Positions 20,962 to 31,869 of a stretch of 64,000 nt of DNA are shown piece after piece. The number at the start of each line of letters is the position of its first letter. The stretch's first letter is position 1. A model generated the notes under the pieces. That model saw only the letters and a program-made list of their open reading frames with translations, was not told the origin of the DNA and searched no databases. The DNA is from an uncultured delta proteobacterium (GTDB lineage: Bacteria > Desulfobacterota > Desulfobacteria > Desulfobacterales > Desulfatirhabdiaceae): contig CAWBKP010000015.1 in the NCBI GenBank assembly GCA_963789395.1, positions 32,001 to 96,000 on the forward strand. The letters run 5' to 3'. The translations under genes and the position numbers were made by a program.

Positions 20962-22191
20962 TCAAATCACATCTTTGAACCATTTTCTCATCCGATTCAT
21001 GATCCGGTTGAACAAGTTCTTGTCACGAATTCGAAATTTGCGGGTATGCTGGTGCCTGGCGCCATAGAGCACCAGACCCACCCCGGTTGCATACATGGGA
21101 TTATTGACGACATCCACCAGACCGCTGATTCCCATTGGTTTGCCGATTCGGGTCGGCAGGCTGAAAACCGATTCCGCGGTTTCAATCGCACCATCCAGCA
21201 TCGAAGACCCTCCGGTGATCACCACCCCGGAAGTGATGAAGTTTTCCATGCCGGCCCGATATATCTCCCGCTTGATAAGCGAAAATATTTCCTCCATGCG
21301 GGGTTCGAGAATCTCCGCCAGAATCTGCCTGGGAAGGCTTCGGGCTTTTCTTCCCCCCATACCGGGAACCTCAACCATCTCTTCCGGGCCGATGTTGCCG
21401 GTTACGCAGGTACCGAATTTTTTCTTGATCGTCTCAGCTTCGGCAAGGGGAGCACGCAGTCCGACGGCAATATCATTGGTCAGATTGTTTCCGCCAAGCG
21501 AAAGCACAAAGGTGTGGCGGATGTTTTTCCCGGAAAAAATCGCCAGATCCGTCGTACCGCCGCCAATATCCAGCAACGCCGCGCCCAGTTCTTTTTCTTC
21601 CTCGGATAGAACGGCTTCACCGGAAGCCAGAGACTCCAGCACAATATCAAAAACATCCAGCCCGGCGCGATTGGCGCATTTGACAATGTTGTGGGCGGAT
21701 GTGACGGCGCCGGTGACGATATGAATCTTGGCCTCGAGCCTTACGCCGGCCATGCCCACAGGGTTTTGGATCCCCCGCTGGTCATCAACAATGAATTCCT
21801 GAGGAAGCACGTGAATGACTTCTCTGTCCATGGGAATCGCAACCGCCCTTGCGGCATCAATCACGCGTTCAACATCGTTCGGGCTGACTTCCGGCCCTTT
21901 TATGGCAATAATTCCGCGGCTGTTGAACCCGGTGATATGGCCGCCGGCTATACCGGCGTAAACAGAGGTGATCTCGCAGCCGGCCATGAGTTCAGCCTCT
22001 TCAACCGCCTTCTTGATGGACTCCACAGTCGCTTCGATATTGACAACAACCCCTTTTCGTAGGCCGACAGAGGGATGAGCGCCGATTCCGATAATATTGA
22101 TCTCGCTTCCGGAAACTTCCCCGACAACCGCGCATATCTTGGTTGTTCCGATATCAAGACCAACAATAATCTCCTGCTGCTGCTTCGGCAT
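20962..22191 (-). CDS. ftsA: Cell division protein FtsA
   Basis: GLDIGTTKI, LDIGGGTTD, VITGGSS, C-terminal amphipathic helix. Confidence 0.97.
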   Translation of the reverse strand: MPKQQQEIIVGLDIGTTKICAVVGEVSGSEINIIGIGAHPSVGLRKGVVVNIEATVESIKKAVEEAELMAGCEITSVYAGIAGGHITGFNSRGIIAIKGPEVSPNDVERVIDAARAVAIPMDREVIHVLPQEFIVDDQRGIQNPVGMAGVRLEAKIHIVTGAVTSAHNIVKCANRAGLDVFDIVLESLASGEAVLSEEEKELGAALLDIGGGTTDLAIFSGKNIRHTFVLSLGGNNLTNDIAVGLRAPLAEAETIKKKFGTCVTGNIGPEEMVEVPGMGGRKARSLPRQILAEILEPRMEEIFSLIKREIYRAGMENFITSGVVITGGSSMLDGAIETAESVFSLPTRIGKPMGISGLVDVVNNPMYATGVGLVLYGARHQHTRKFRIRDKNLFNRIMNRMRKWFKDVI

Positions 22192-22192
22192 G

Positions 22193-23047
22193 TCAAATCT
22201 CCTTGTGGCCGTCTGAAGGCTGCTCTGAATTCAGTGGACAAATCACGACACGATTCATTTGACGCAGATCAACCCAGTCAATACCTTGAATGAGCTTCGT
22301 TGTTTTAAAATACGCAATTATTTTTTCCAGTCTCACAAATTTCTCCGCATAATCCTGATAACCGACCTTGACGGCATTGACGCTGAAAGCCTGAATGGGT
22401 CCCGCGGAAAAGAGCGTGATTCCTTCTTCCCTATCGACATGAATCAGCCGTATGTTCTGACGGGACAGTATGCTGGCGGAATTTTGTCCCATTTCCAGCA
22501 GAGACAACACTGCATCATAATGGGGACTTCTGCGCTGATCACCAATATCCAGATCCGAGAAATCGATCCCTTCGACAATCGGCAATTCGACAGGATCCCC
22601 GTCCGATACTTCCTTGAAGATCTTGCCTTGCTGATTAATCAGAAATTTTTTGCCCATGTCCAGAACGGCCAGAGGGTGATGTTCCTTTATGCTCAGGGTC
22701 AACCTTCCTGGAAGCTCCCGACTTATCTCAGCCTCTGCAATCCAGGGATGAGACAACAAGTATTTCCTCGAAAGCGGAATGTTTACCAGAAGCACATTGG
22801 TATCGGACTGGATTCTGGCCGCATCCAGAATTTCCGGGATGCCCAGCCGCTCATTTCCGATCACTTCCAGCGATGTTACCTTAAAATACGGACTCTGTAA
22901 AATAATATCATGGCAGAAGATGAAAAACAAACTCATTAATGCAACACCCAGAATCCCCGCCATCACATTTAAACACGAACGCCGAAAACGGGCTCGTTTC
23001 ATCCGCCGAATCGCTGAATCTCTTCTGTAACGGTTTCGCATCAACAC
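22193..23047 (-). CDS. ftsQ: Cell division protein FtsQ
   Basis: Basic N-terminus, one TM, POTRA (HPWIAEAEISRELPGRL.L.IKEH), DLR; lies upstream of ftsA. Confidence 0.9.
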   Translation of the reverse strand: MLMRNRYRRDSAIRRMKRARFRRSCLNVMAGILGVALMSLFFIFCHDIILQSPYFKVTSLEVIGNERLGIPEILDAARIQSDTNVLLVNIPLSRKYLLSHPWIAEAEISRELPGRLTLSIKEHHPLAVLDMGKKFLINQQGKIFKEVSDGDPVELPIVEGIDFSDLDIGDQRRSPHYDAVLSLLEMGQNSASILSRQNIRLIHVDREEGITLFSAGPIQAFSVNAVKVGYQDYAEKFVRLEKIIAYFKTTKLIQGIDWVDLRQMNRVVICPLNSEQPSDGHKEI

Positions 23048-23048
23048 G

Positions 23049-24011
23049 TCAATTTCCGATCACGATCACTTCCGGTTCAAGGTTCACATCAAACCGTTCA
23101 AAAACGATTTGCCGTGCCCGATCCATCAATGCCAGAATATCGGCAGCCTTGGCATCTCCGGTGTTGACGATAAAATTGGCATGTTTAACCGAAATCTCAG
23201 CACCGCCGATTTTCCAGCCCTTTAATCCGCAAAGATCCAGCAGTTCACCGGCTGGTTTTCCAGTTTGCGGATTTTTAAAGACGCATCCGGCGCTTGGCAG
23301 CGTCGATGGCTGCCGGCGTTTCCGATTTTTCAGTATCTCTCTGGCATCGTGTTTGAGATCAGCAAAGCAGTCCCGGATAAGAGAAAATCTGCCGGACACG
23401 ATAATGGGCACATGAGAGAACGGTTTTGCGCAGGATCGTTCCGGAAGCATCAATTTGCGATATGAAAAGCACAATGCATCTCTGTCAAATGTTTCCCGCA
23501 GCCCATCCGGATACAACACCGTAACGGACTCCAGTATATCCGATATCCAGCCCAGAGCAGTTCCGGCATTCATGCGAATGGCACCGCCAACGGTTCCGGG
23601 AATTCCCAGCGCAAAATTCATCCCTTTCAGGCCGTTGCGGATGACATGGCTGCATAACCGCCGCAAACTGGTGCCGGCCATGACAGTCACCCGTGCCTGA
23701 GAAGCGCTGATGGTTTCGATTAAAATCTCCGACAGGCCGGGCTTCATGCAGATGACAACACCTGAAATCCCGGCATCCGTTACAATCAGATTGGTTCCGC
23801 CACCCACGACATGGTACGGGAGTTCCCTTTCCGCCAACCCTGAAACCACTGCCGTAAGTTCATCACCTGTCATTGGCTCCACAAAGGCTTCTGCCGGCCC
23901 GCCCACGCGAAACGACGTGTGAAGAGACATCCGTTCCCCGAACCGGACCCGGCCGGATGTCACATCGGCCAGCCATCTTCTGGCCTCCGCGTCAAGGCAG
24001 GCGCTTCGCAT
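23049..24011 (-). CDS. murB: UDP-N-acetylenolpyruvoylglucosamine reductase
   Basis: HTSFRVGGPA, GIPGTVGGAIRMNAG, SAGCVFKNP, KHANFIVN, LEPEV. Confidence 0.96.
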   Translation of the reverse strand: MRSACLDAEARRWLADVTSGRVRFGERMSLHTSFRVGGPAEAFVEPMTGDELTAVVSGLAERELPYHVVGGGTNLIVTDAGISGVVICMKPGLSEILIETISASQARVTVMAGTSLRRLCSHVIRNGLKGMNFALGIPGTVGGAIRMNAGTALGWISDILESVTVLYPDGLRETFDRDALCFSYRKLMLPERSCAKPFSHVPIIVSGRFSLIRDCFADLKHDAREILKNRKRRQPSTLPSAGCVFKNPQTGKPAGELLDLCGLKGWKIGGAEISVKHANFIVNTGDAKAADILALMDRARQIVFERFDVNLEPEVIVIGN

Positions 24012-24016
24012 CTCCC

Positions 24017-25396
24017 TCAGCTATCCTCTGCCAGCCGTTTCAATACCCCTTCCCCCACTTTCCAGACATCCCCTGCCCCCAGCGTCAGGAGCACATCCCC
24101 ATGCTTTAGAATTGAGTGCAAATACGTTGGCGCCGTTAACAGGTTCTCCAAATATACCACGTTTTTGTGCCCGCGGGCGCGAATCCGCTCGCATAAAGCC
24201 AGGGCGCTGACCCCTTCAATTTTCTTTTCACCGGCAGGGTAAATCGGCAAGACCGCCAGCACATCGCTTTGATAGAACGCGCGGGTAAAGTCATCAAACA
24301 GTGCGTGCGTCCGGCTGTAACGATGCGGTTGAAAGGCGATCACCTTTCTGCGGTCCGGCCAGCATTCTTTCAGGGCTTCCAGGGTACTTCGGATTTCAGT
24401 GGGATGGTGCCCGTAATCGTCCACCACGGTTACGCCACCTGCTTCTCCCTTGATTTCAAGGCGACGCTGAACGCCTTGAAGGGTTTCAAGGGCGGTTCGT
24501 ATCTTTTCAAAGGGAATGCCCAGCTCCAGCCCGACAGCCACGCTGGCGGTGGCATTGTACACATTATGCAGTCCCGGAAGGTTCAGTTGAATATCGCCAA
24601 GGAATTTGCCCCGGAAATCAATGCTGAAAATGCTTTTCATCCCTTGAAAAACCACGTTTCTGGCTTGATAATCCGCCTGTGAGCTCATTCCGTAAGTGGT
24701 AAATCGCTTCTTGATTTCGGGAATCAGATCCTGAATGGGTTCATTGTCCAGACAAAGAATTGCCAGGCCGTAAAATGGAATGCGGTCGATAAAGGCCAAA
24801 AATACGGATTTGATATGGTCCATATCCTTGTAAAAGTCCAGATGCTCCCGATCAATATTGGTGATCACGGCAATGGTTGGGGAATATTTCAAAAACGACC
24901 CGTCACTTTCATCTGCTTCCGCAACAATAAAATCCCCTTTTCCCAAAACCGCATTGGTGCCGATGCTTTTCAGCCGGCCGCCGATCACCACCGTCGGGTC
25001 CAGCCCCCCCTGATCCAGAACCGATGAAACAATTGAGGTTGTCGTGGTTTTACCGTGTGCGCCGGCAACCGCCACGCTGTATTTCAAGCGCATCAATTCC
25101 GCCAGCATTTCCGCACGGGGAATAACGGGAATCGACGCTTTCCGGGCTGCAACCACCTCAGGATTATCGGAACCGATAGCCGATGATGTCACCACCACAT
25201 CGGCGCCCAGAATCTGGTCCCCCAAATGCCCCTTGTAAACCACACCACCGAGTCTTTTTAAATTTTCCGTGATCTCCGATGACGCGTCATCAGAGCCGGA
25301 CACTTGATACCCGATGTTCAGCAGCAGTTCGGCAATCCCGCTCATGCCGATGCCACCGATTCCGACAAAATGAATATGATAGGTTTTTTGATACAT
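24017..25396 (-). CDS. murC: UDP-N-acetylmuramate--L-alanine ligase
   Basis: HFVGIGGIGMSGIA, GAHGKTTT, EADESDGSF, DDYGHHPTE, FQPHRYSRT. Confidence 0.97.
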   Translation of the reverse strand: MYQKTYHIHFVGIGGIGMSGIAELLLNIGYQVSGSDDASSEITENLKRLGGVVYKGHLGDQILGADVVVTSSAIGSDNPEVVAARKASIPVIPRAEMLAELMRLKYSVAVAGAHGKTTTTSIVSSVLDQGGLDPTVVIGGRLKSIGTNAVLGKGDFIVAEADESDGSFLKYSPTIAVITNIDREHLDFYKDMDHIKSVFLAFIDRIPFYGLAILCLDNEPIQDLIPEIKKRFTTYGMSSQADYQARNVVFQGMKSIFSIDFRGKFLGDIQLNLPGLHNVYNATASVAVGLELGIPFEKIRTALETLQGVQRRLEIKGEAGGVTVVDDYGHHPTEIRSTLEALKECWPDRRKVIAFQPHRYSRTHALFDDFTRAFYQSDVLAVLPIYPAGEKKIEGVSALALCERIRARGHKNVVYLENLLTAPTYLHSILKHGDVLLTLGAGDVWKVGEGVLKRLAEDS

Positions 25397-25552
25397 ATAC
25401 TCACATCTTGGTAACAGGTTTTATTAAAACCGGTCAGAAACCGGATTCCGGCAGACTTTCACAGGCCGATACCATATCGCGATATGGTTTTGTCTGCAAC
25501 ACCCGTTGACAGAATTTTTTTTCAGGGTAAAAAAACGTTGTCGCACGATGAT

Positions 25553-26653
25553 TTAACTGAGAAGCGCATAACAGTCATCGCAAATGCTGGCGGCTGCAAA
25601 GGGATTGCCCAGTTGTCTGGCACGGAAAGCCATCTGGCTGAGTATTTCCGGATGTGATGCCAGAAACAGAATCCTTTCCGCAAGTGCACTGCCGGTCAAT
25701 TCGCTTTCCAGGATCATCTCTGCCGCCTGCGACTGCACGAGGCGGTCGGCATTCAATACCTGATGATTGTCGGCTGCATGGGGAAAAGGAATAAATATCG
25801 CGGGTTTTCCAATCGCCATGATTTCAGCCACCGTTGTAGCGCCGGACCTGCAGATCATCATGTCAGCCTGGTGATAGCAGTCTGTCATATCTTTAAAAAA
25901 CGGCCGGACCGTACTGGAACCCCCGTAACGCAGATAGGCTTCCTGAACCATTTGCAGATCCGATTGACCGGTTTGGTGAATAAAATGGATATCGTGCCCA
26001 GAAAGCAGAGAGAGGGCCTGAACGACCGCCAGATTGATGGCATGCGCGCCCTGGCTGCCGCCGATGACCGCAACCGAAAATTTGCGCCGGAGGCGGTGGC
26101 CGGCAAGCGGTGTGGCATTGGATCGAACGGCGCATTCCCGAATTTTTTTTCGAACCGGGTTTCCGGTATAACGAATTTTAGGTGATCGGATTTTGAATCG
26201 GGTATTTGGAAAAGACACATGGACACGTGACGCCAGCGGGAACAGCATCCGGTTCGTTATACCCGGCTGAATGTTCTGTTCGTGAAGTACGATGGGGATG
26301 CGAAGTATCCAGGCTGCAAGAATCAGCGGGCCGGATGCATAACTGCCTACCCCGACAACCATATCCGGAACAAAATCGGAGAGGATTTTCAGTGATTCCA
26401 TCACCCCTTTGGGAAGCCTGACAAGGGCTCGCAGTTGATGCCGGATTCCTTTTCCCTTGATCCCTTCCGCTGTAATGCACGCCAGCCTGAATCCGTGCTC
26501 GGCCAGCACCTCTTTTTCAAATGCCCTGCCTGTACTGACAAACAAGACATCATTCAGGGGATTTTTTTCAAGAAAGGCTTCTGCAATTGCGATTGCCGGA
26601 AACAAATGTCCGCCGGTACCGCCCCCAGCCATCACAATCCGCAGTTTCTTCAT
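25553..26653 (-). CDS. murG: Lipid II GlcNAc transferase
   Basis: AGGGTGGHLFPA, HEQN, TGNPVR, GGSQGA, RSGATT. Confidence 0.97.
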   Translation of the reverse strand: MKKLRIVMAGGGTGGHLFPAIAIAEAFLEKNPLNDVLFVSTGRAFEKEVLAEHGFRLACITAEGIKGKGIRHQLRALVRLPKGVMESLKILSDFVPDMVVGVGSYASGPLILAAWILRIPIVLHEQNIQPGITNRMLFPLASRVHVSFPNTRFKIRSPKIRYTGNPVRKKIRECAVRSNATPLAGHRLRRKFSVAVIGGSQGAHAINLAVVQALSLLSGHDIHFIHQTGQSDLQMVQEAYLRYGGSSTVRPFFKDMTDCYHQADMMICRSGATTVAEIMAIGKPAIFIPFPHAADNHQVLNADRLVQSQAAEMILESELTGSALAERILFLASHPEILSQMAFRARQLGNPFAAASICDDCYALLS

Positions 26654-26690
26654 AATATCTGTCTTTCCGTTCAGGCATTCCAGGCGCGGC

Positions 26691-27815
26691 TTACGTTTTC
26701 CCGGATCCAATGTTCATCAAAATGCCAATGGATATCATACTGACCAGAAGCGATGTCCCACCGTAACTGAGAAAGGGCAGCGGCAATCCCTTGGTGGGAA
26801 CCAGCCCCAGCGCAACCCCGAGATTGATGCAGACCTGAAGACCTATCGCAGCGGTAATTCCCATGGCCAGATATGAGCCGAAAAGGTCATGGGTGTTTTT
26901 CGCGATACTCAGTCCGCTCCACAGGATCAGGATATACAAAAATAGGACGCACAGAACCCCGACCAGTCCGAGTTCCTCCCCGATGACTGAAAAAATGAAA
27001 TCCGTATGCGGCTCAGGCAGGTAAAAAAGCTTTTGAAGCCCCTTGCCGACCCCGGTTCCCCAAATGCCGCCGGTTCCAAAAGCCATCAGCGAGTGAACAA
27101 TCTGATAGGCTTGATCCGATGCATGCTCCCAGGGATGAAGAAACGCCAGCCAGCGTTCCGTTCGATATGCAGCGCTCATCATGTATATATAGGCAAATGG
27201 GAGCAGCGCCCCCACCGATGTCACCAGGTAGGTTACCCGAACCCCTGCAACAAACATCATCACCCAGGTGATGGCCGCCAGAATCACCACGGAACCAAAA
27301 TCCGGCTGCAGGGCGATGAGTCCGGCAAAAATCCCCAGAAAAAACACATGGGGAACAAATCCAATAAAAAAAGACCGGATGTGGTCGTGTTTTTTCGTAA
27401 GGGAATAGGCCATGAATATAACCAGCGCAATCCGTGCAAATTCCGATGGCTGAAATCTAAACCCCCCGATCAGCATCCACCGCTTGGCGCCGTTGACTCT
27501 GATTCCGAGTCCGGTAAACTTCACCGCCACCAGAAGCCCTATGGCGACAACCAACACCAGGTATACATATTTTCGATACAATTCATAGGGAATTTTTCGA
27601 AAAACCATCATGGCTAACAAACCCAGAACAGCGATAATGGATTGTTTGATCAGAAAATAGAGATCATTTCCATATTTTTTTATGGCAATGGCTGAACTGG
27701 CGCTATACACCATGACAATGCCGATTCCAACCAGAACCAGCATCGGGAAAAGCAGCTTGAAATCATAGCTGAATTTACGATATGCACGCCATCGGACCGG
27801 TGTTTGCCCGTTCAT
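26691..27815 (-). CDS. ftsW: SEDS peptidoglycan polymerase FtsW
   Basis: MVYSAS, GAKRW, FQPSE, QPDFG, LPEPHTDFIF, PFLSYGGTS. Confidence 0.96.
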   Translation of the reverse strand: MNGQTPVRWRAYRKFSYDFKLLFPMLVLVGIGIVMVYSASSAIAIKKYGNDLYFLIKQSIIAVLGLLAMMVFRKIPYELYRKYVYLVLVVAIGLLVAVKFTGLGIRVNGAKRWMLIGGFRFQPSEFARIALVIFMAYSLTKKHDHIRSFFIGFVPHVFFLGIFAGLIALQPDFGSVVILAAITWVMMFVAGVRVTYLVTSVGALLPFAYIYMMSAAYRTERWLAFLHPWEHASDQAYQIVHSLMAFGTGGIWGTGVGKGLQKLFYLPEPHTDFIFSVIGEELGLVGVLCVLFLYILILWSGLSIAKNTHDLFGSYLAMGITAAIGLQVCINLGVALGLVPTKGLPLPFLSYGGTSLLVSMISIGILMNIGSGKT

Positions 27816-29199
27816 CGCAGTCTTTTTACCTCGCTTTGAAAGGCGTCTCCCCGATGCGCATAATTTTTGAACATATCAAAGCTGGAGCAGGCAGGGGACA
27901 ACAGCACGACATCACCCGGCGATGCTGAACGGTTCGCCATCATAACTGCCTCACGCATGGAAAAAGCCCGCACTGTCTGCACAAGATTTCCCAGTGCCCC
28001 GGCGATGATCGGGCTAGCCTCACCCAGCAGGATCAGGGATTTGACATGTTGCTGTATCGCCGGCTCCAGAATTCTGTAATCACCGCCTTTATCCCTTCCG
28101 CCCATAATCAGGACAACCGGCTCCTGAAAAGACTCCAGCGCCCGATTTACGGCATCGACATTGGTCGCCTTGGAATCATCCACGTAGGTTACCCCGCTTA
28201 CGGTCCGAACAAATTCGATGCGGTGGGAAAGCCCCTTAAACTGATTCAGGGCAATTTGGATGTTCCGGACATCACCGCCGGCTGCAACGGCAGCCATCGC
28301 CGCCGCACAGATATTTTCCTGATTGTGTTTACCATAGAGACGGGATCCACTCAAATCCAGACTCACAAATCCGGGAGTTTGGTCGACGGCAGCATGCTGT
28401 TTCGGTATGGACTGGATGTAAAGGCAAAGGTCATCTCCTTGCCCCGGACCCGGGTGCCTTCTTCCAGCATGCCTGAACCGTTAAATACCCATTTGCGGCT
28501 TCGAATCCGGCTGACTTCGGAAAGAACCCAAGGATCGGCGCCATTAAAGATGGCAATGTCTTCACTATTCTGATTTTGAAACAGTCTGCCTTTAGAGGCG
28601 GCATAACCGGCCATATCCGTATATCTATCCAGATGATCCGCTGTGATATTAAGCAAAATGCCTATATCCGGTCGAAAGGTGTCTATGGTATCAAGCTGGA
28701 AGCTGCTGATCTCAAGCACGATCCAGTCAGCCTTTTCCGCTCTGTCTATATAACCGATCAGGGGATTGCCGATATTGCCGCCGACAAACACGCGCATGCC
28801 GCATTGAGCCAGCATGCTTCCCAGAAGCGAAGTGGTTGTGGTTTTGCCGTTGGTTCCGGTGATGGCGATGATCGGCTCCCGGACAAATCGGTATGCCAGT
28901 TCGATCTCCCCGATGACCGGAATGCCTTTCTGTCTGGCGCCTGCCAGGAAATCACCGGTATGCGGCACACCGGGGCTCAGAACAATCAGGTCCGATGACT
29001 CGACGCTTTCCCGGCAATGCCCGCCTAACTCGGTTCGAACCCCAAGCCGGTGCATTTCCAGGACGGATGGTGCCAGATCCTTTTCAGCAGCCATATCTGT
29101 AACGGTGACAACAGCCCCGCGATGGTGCAAAAACCGTGCGGTGGCAAGGCCCGTCATTCCGAGCCCGACGACCATGATTTTTTTTTGTTTCAGATCCAT
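27812..29199 (-). CDS. murD: UDP-MurNAc-L-Ala--D-Glu ligase (apparent frameshift near 28370)
   Basis: LSPGVP, AITGTNGKTTT, LEISSFQL, DHLDRY; then HRIEFV, DDSKATN, SPACSSFDMF in the next frame. Confidence 0.95.
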
Positions 29200-29210
29200 G
29201 GCCCCGAGAC

Positions 29211-30290
29211 CTATCTCAGTTTCAACGTGCTGATGGCCACCAATGCCAGCGCGATGGAGATGATCCAGAATCGAACGATCACCTTGGGCTCCGGCCATCC
29301 TTTTAACTCAAAATGGTGGTGAAGCGGGGCCATTCGAAAAATTCGCCGGCCATGGGAGAGCTTGAAATATCCCACCTGGAAAATGACGGACAGCGCCTCA
29401 ATCACAAAAAGGCCTCCGACAAGCGCCAGCAATATTTCCTGCTTGGTAATGACAGCCACGGTCCCTATCGCGCCGCCAAGCGACAACGAGCCGACATCTC
29501 CCATAAAAACCTGGGCAGGATAGGCATTAAACCATAAAAAACCCAGGCCTGCGCCTGCCAGTGCCCCGCAAAAAACCGTAAGCTCACCGCTTCCGGCAAC
29601 ATAGGGGATCTGCAGGTAATCGGCGATCCTGACATGACCGCCGACATAGCAAAAAATCATATAGGTTACGGCCGCGATTATGGTGGGACCAATGGCAAGT
29701 CCATCCAGTCCGTCTGTAAGATTCACTGCATTGGACGTGCCGACAATGACAAAAGCGGCAAACAGGATATATCCCCAACCAAAATCAGGGGAAAAATTCT
29801 TGAAAAACGGGAACGTGACCTCGGTTGAAAACGCGGGATGCAGATACAGAAACGCCCCGGCCGCCAGGGCAATGACGGCCTGAAGCAGGAATTTGTTGCG
29901 AGCACTCAAACCCTTGCTCTGTTTCTTGACCTGCATGAGATAGTCATCCACGAACCCGATGAGACCGAATCCAGCCGTCACCCCAAATACCACCCAGATA
30001 TAGACGTTTTTCAGATTTGCCCACAGTATGGTTGAAGTCAGAATGGCTACCAGCATCAGCGCACCCCCCATTGTGGGCGTTCCGGCTTTTTTCAGATGGG
30101 TTTGGGGGCCGTCCTCTCGAATATACTGGCCGATCTGAAGGTAGCTCAGTTTTTTGATGGTCCAGGGCCCCAGGACAAAGCAGATGAGAAAAGCCGTCAG
30201 GCTGGCATAGATCGTTCGGAAAGTAATGTACCGGAATACATTAAATGCCGAAAACGTTGTGTGAAGCGGGTAAAGAAGTAGATACAGCAT
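29211..30290 (-). CDS. mraY: Phospho-MurNAc-pentapeptide transferase
   Basis: [39 protein letters not shown]. Confidence 0.97.
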   Translation of the reverse strand: MLYLLLYPLHTTFSAFNVFRYITFRTIYASLTAFLICFVLGPWTIKKLSYLQIGQYIREDGPQTHLKKAGTPTMGGALMLVAILTSTILWANLKNVYIWVVFGVTAGFGLIGFVDDYLMQVKKQSKGLSARNKFLLQAVIALAAGAFLYLHPAFSTEVTFPFFKNFSPDFGWGYILFAAFVIVGTSNAVNLTDGLDGLAIGPTIIAAVTYMIFCYVGGHVRIADYLQIPYVAGSGELTVFCGALAGAGLGFLWFNAYPAQVFMGDVGSLSLGGAIGTVAVITKQEILLALVGGLFVIEALSVIFQVGYFKLSHGRRIFRMAPLHHHFELKGWPEPKVIVRFWIISIALALVAISTLKLR

Positions 30291-30310
30291 AACGTCTTGT
30301 CTTTATGGGC

Positions 30311-31750
30311 TTAGGGTGAATTTTTTGTGGCTGAATCCGGACTGTCAGGGCATTCTGCCCACTTTGCAATATCGCGAACAACCGTTTCCATACCCATTGC
30401 CCTGGACCCTTTGACCAGAACCCAGTCACCTTTTCTGAGGCTAATTTTGAGGTGCTCGCAGATGGCTTGCCGATCGCCGATAAAAATTCGCCCGGGGTCC
30501 ATGCCCTGGGCAACAGCTCCCTGGGCAACGGCGCTTGCAAATTCGCCCGTAACATACAGCGCCTGCATACCGGTGGTTGCAGCGATTTCTCCAACTTTTT
30601 TGTGCAATGCGAAAGATTCCGTTCCCAGTTCCAGCATATCCCCGATAACCAGAATTCCCCGGTAGTCTTCTTTGATTTTTGCGAGTGTCTGTATGGCAGC
30701 CGCCATTGACACCGGATTGGCATTATAGGTATCATCCACAAGATGAATTTGTCTTGCGGTCTCAATCACATTCATCCGCCCCCTGACCGGCGTGAATTGT
30801 TCCAGAGCGGCCTTGATTTCATCACCGGCCAACCCCAGTGCAAAACCGACTGTTGCCGCCGCAAGCGCATTGGTTGCCATGAATGCTCCGGCCGCAGGAA
30901 GTCTGATTTCAACTGTTTCATCCGGAAGATCCAGGAAAAACGTTGTCCCGGACGATCGGGTTTCAACCTGCCTGGCCCTGACGCTGGCGCCGGGATGCAA
31001 TCCAAACCAAATCACCGGAACGGAAAGGCGCTTTGAAAGTGCCAGGAGTTTGGGCTCATCCATATTCAGCAGGGCCTTGCCTTCAGGGTGAATATGCGAA
31101 AAAATTTCCGCCTTTGCCTGAAGGATTCCGTCGGGTGAGGTAAAATTCTCCAGATGGGCCGTACCGACCGTGGTAATAATACCGATATTCGGCTGGCAGA
31201 TCTCGGACAGGCGCTCAATCTCTCCGGAATGATTCATGCCCAGCTCCAGAACAGCCCATTCATGCTCCCTTTCCAGCTTCAAAAGGGTCAATGGCAGACC
31301 GATGTGGTTGTTAAAATTCCCGGCAGTTGAAAGGACTGTAAAACGGCGGGAGAGAATATCCGATGTCATGCCTCGGGTGGTTGTTTTTCCGCTGGAGCCG
31401 GTAATCGCCACAACTGATACGGGAAAGCGGCGCCTGTGATAGGCCGCCAGATCTCCCAGCGCGCGGGTGGTGTCCTTGACCCCGATGCAGGCGATTCCTT
31501 TTTGCCGCCATTCGGCAATCGGCAGGTTCCCCGCAGAATGGATATCAATGAGAACGCCCTTTACACCGCGTTGAACCACATCCGGACAGAATCGATGACC
31601 ATCGTGAATTTCCCCGCGAATGGCAATAAACATTTCAGACAAGGATATACTTCTGGAGTCAATGGCTAATGCGGAAAAACCGGTATTCCGGTTTCCGCAT
31701 ATCCATTCCCCGTCAGTCGCCGTAAGAATTTCATCTAGCGTCCACTGCAT
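30311..31750 (-). CDS. murF: UDP-MurNAc-tripeptide--D-Ala-D-Ala ligase
   Basis: AITGSSGKTTT, NFNNHIGLPLTL, ELGMNHSGEI, DTYNANP, VKGSR. Confidence 0.96.
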   Translation of the reverse strand: MQWTLDEILTATDGEWICGNRNTGFSALAIDSRSISLSEMFIAIRGEIHDGHRFCPDVVQRGVKGVLIDIHSAGNLPIAEWRQKGIACIGVKDTTRALGDLAAYHRRRFPVSVVAITGSSGKTTTRGMTSDILSRRFTVLSTAGNFNNHIGLPLTLLKLEREHEWAVLELGMNHSGEIERLSEICQPNIGIITTVGTAHLENFTSPDGILQAKAEIFSHIHPEGKALLNMDEPKLLALSKRLSVPVIWFGLHPGASVRARQVETRSSGTTFFLDLPDETVEIRLPAAGAFMATNALAAATVGFALGLAGDEIKAALEQFTPVRGRMNVIETARQIHLVDDTYNANPVSMAAAIQTLAKIKEDYRGILVIGDMLELGTESFALHKKVGEIAATTGMQALYVTGEFASAVAQGAVAQGMDPGRIFIGDRQAICEHLKISLRKGDWVLVKGSRAMGMETVVRDIAKWAECPDSPDSATKNSP

Positions 31751-31869
31751 AACAATCCTGGGCAGGCCATGACATTGAAAAATACAAAAAAACGCCCACT
31801 CGCTTTTCGATCACCGCCATATAACCCATAATCGAAATACTTGAAAACAATTCCTGTCAACTTTATGCT

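Noticed and set aside
19710..29199. ftsZ and murD as pseudogenes or programmed frameshifts
   Set aside because: Both genes are essential, all motifs are present across the shift, and single-base sequencing errors explain them more simply.
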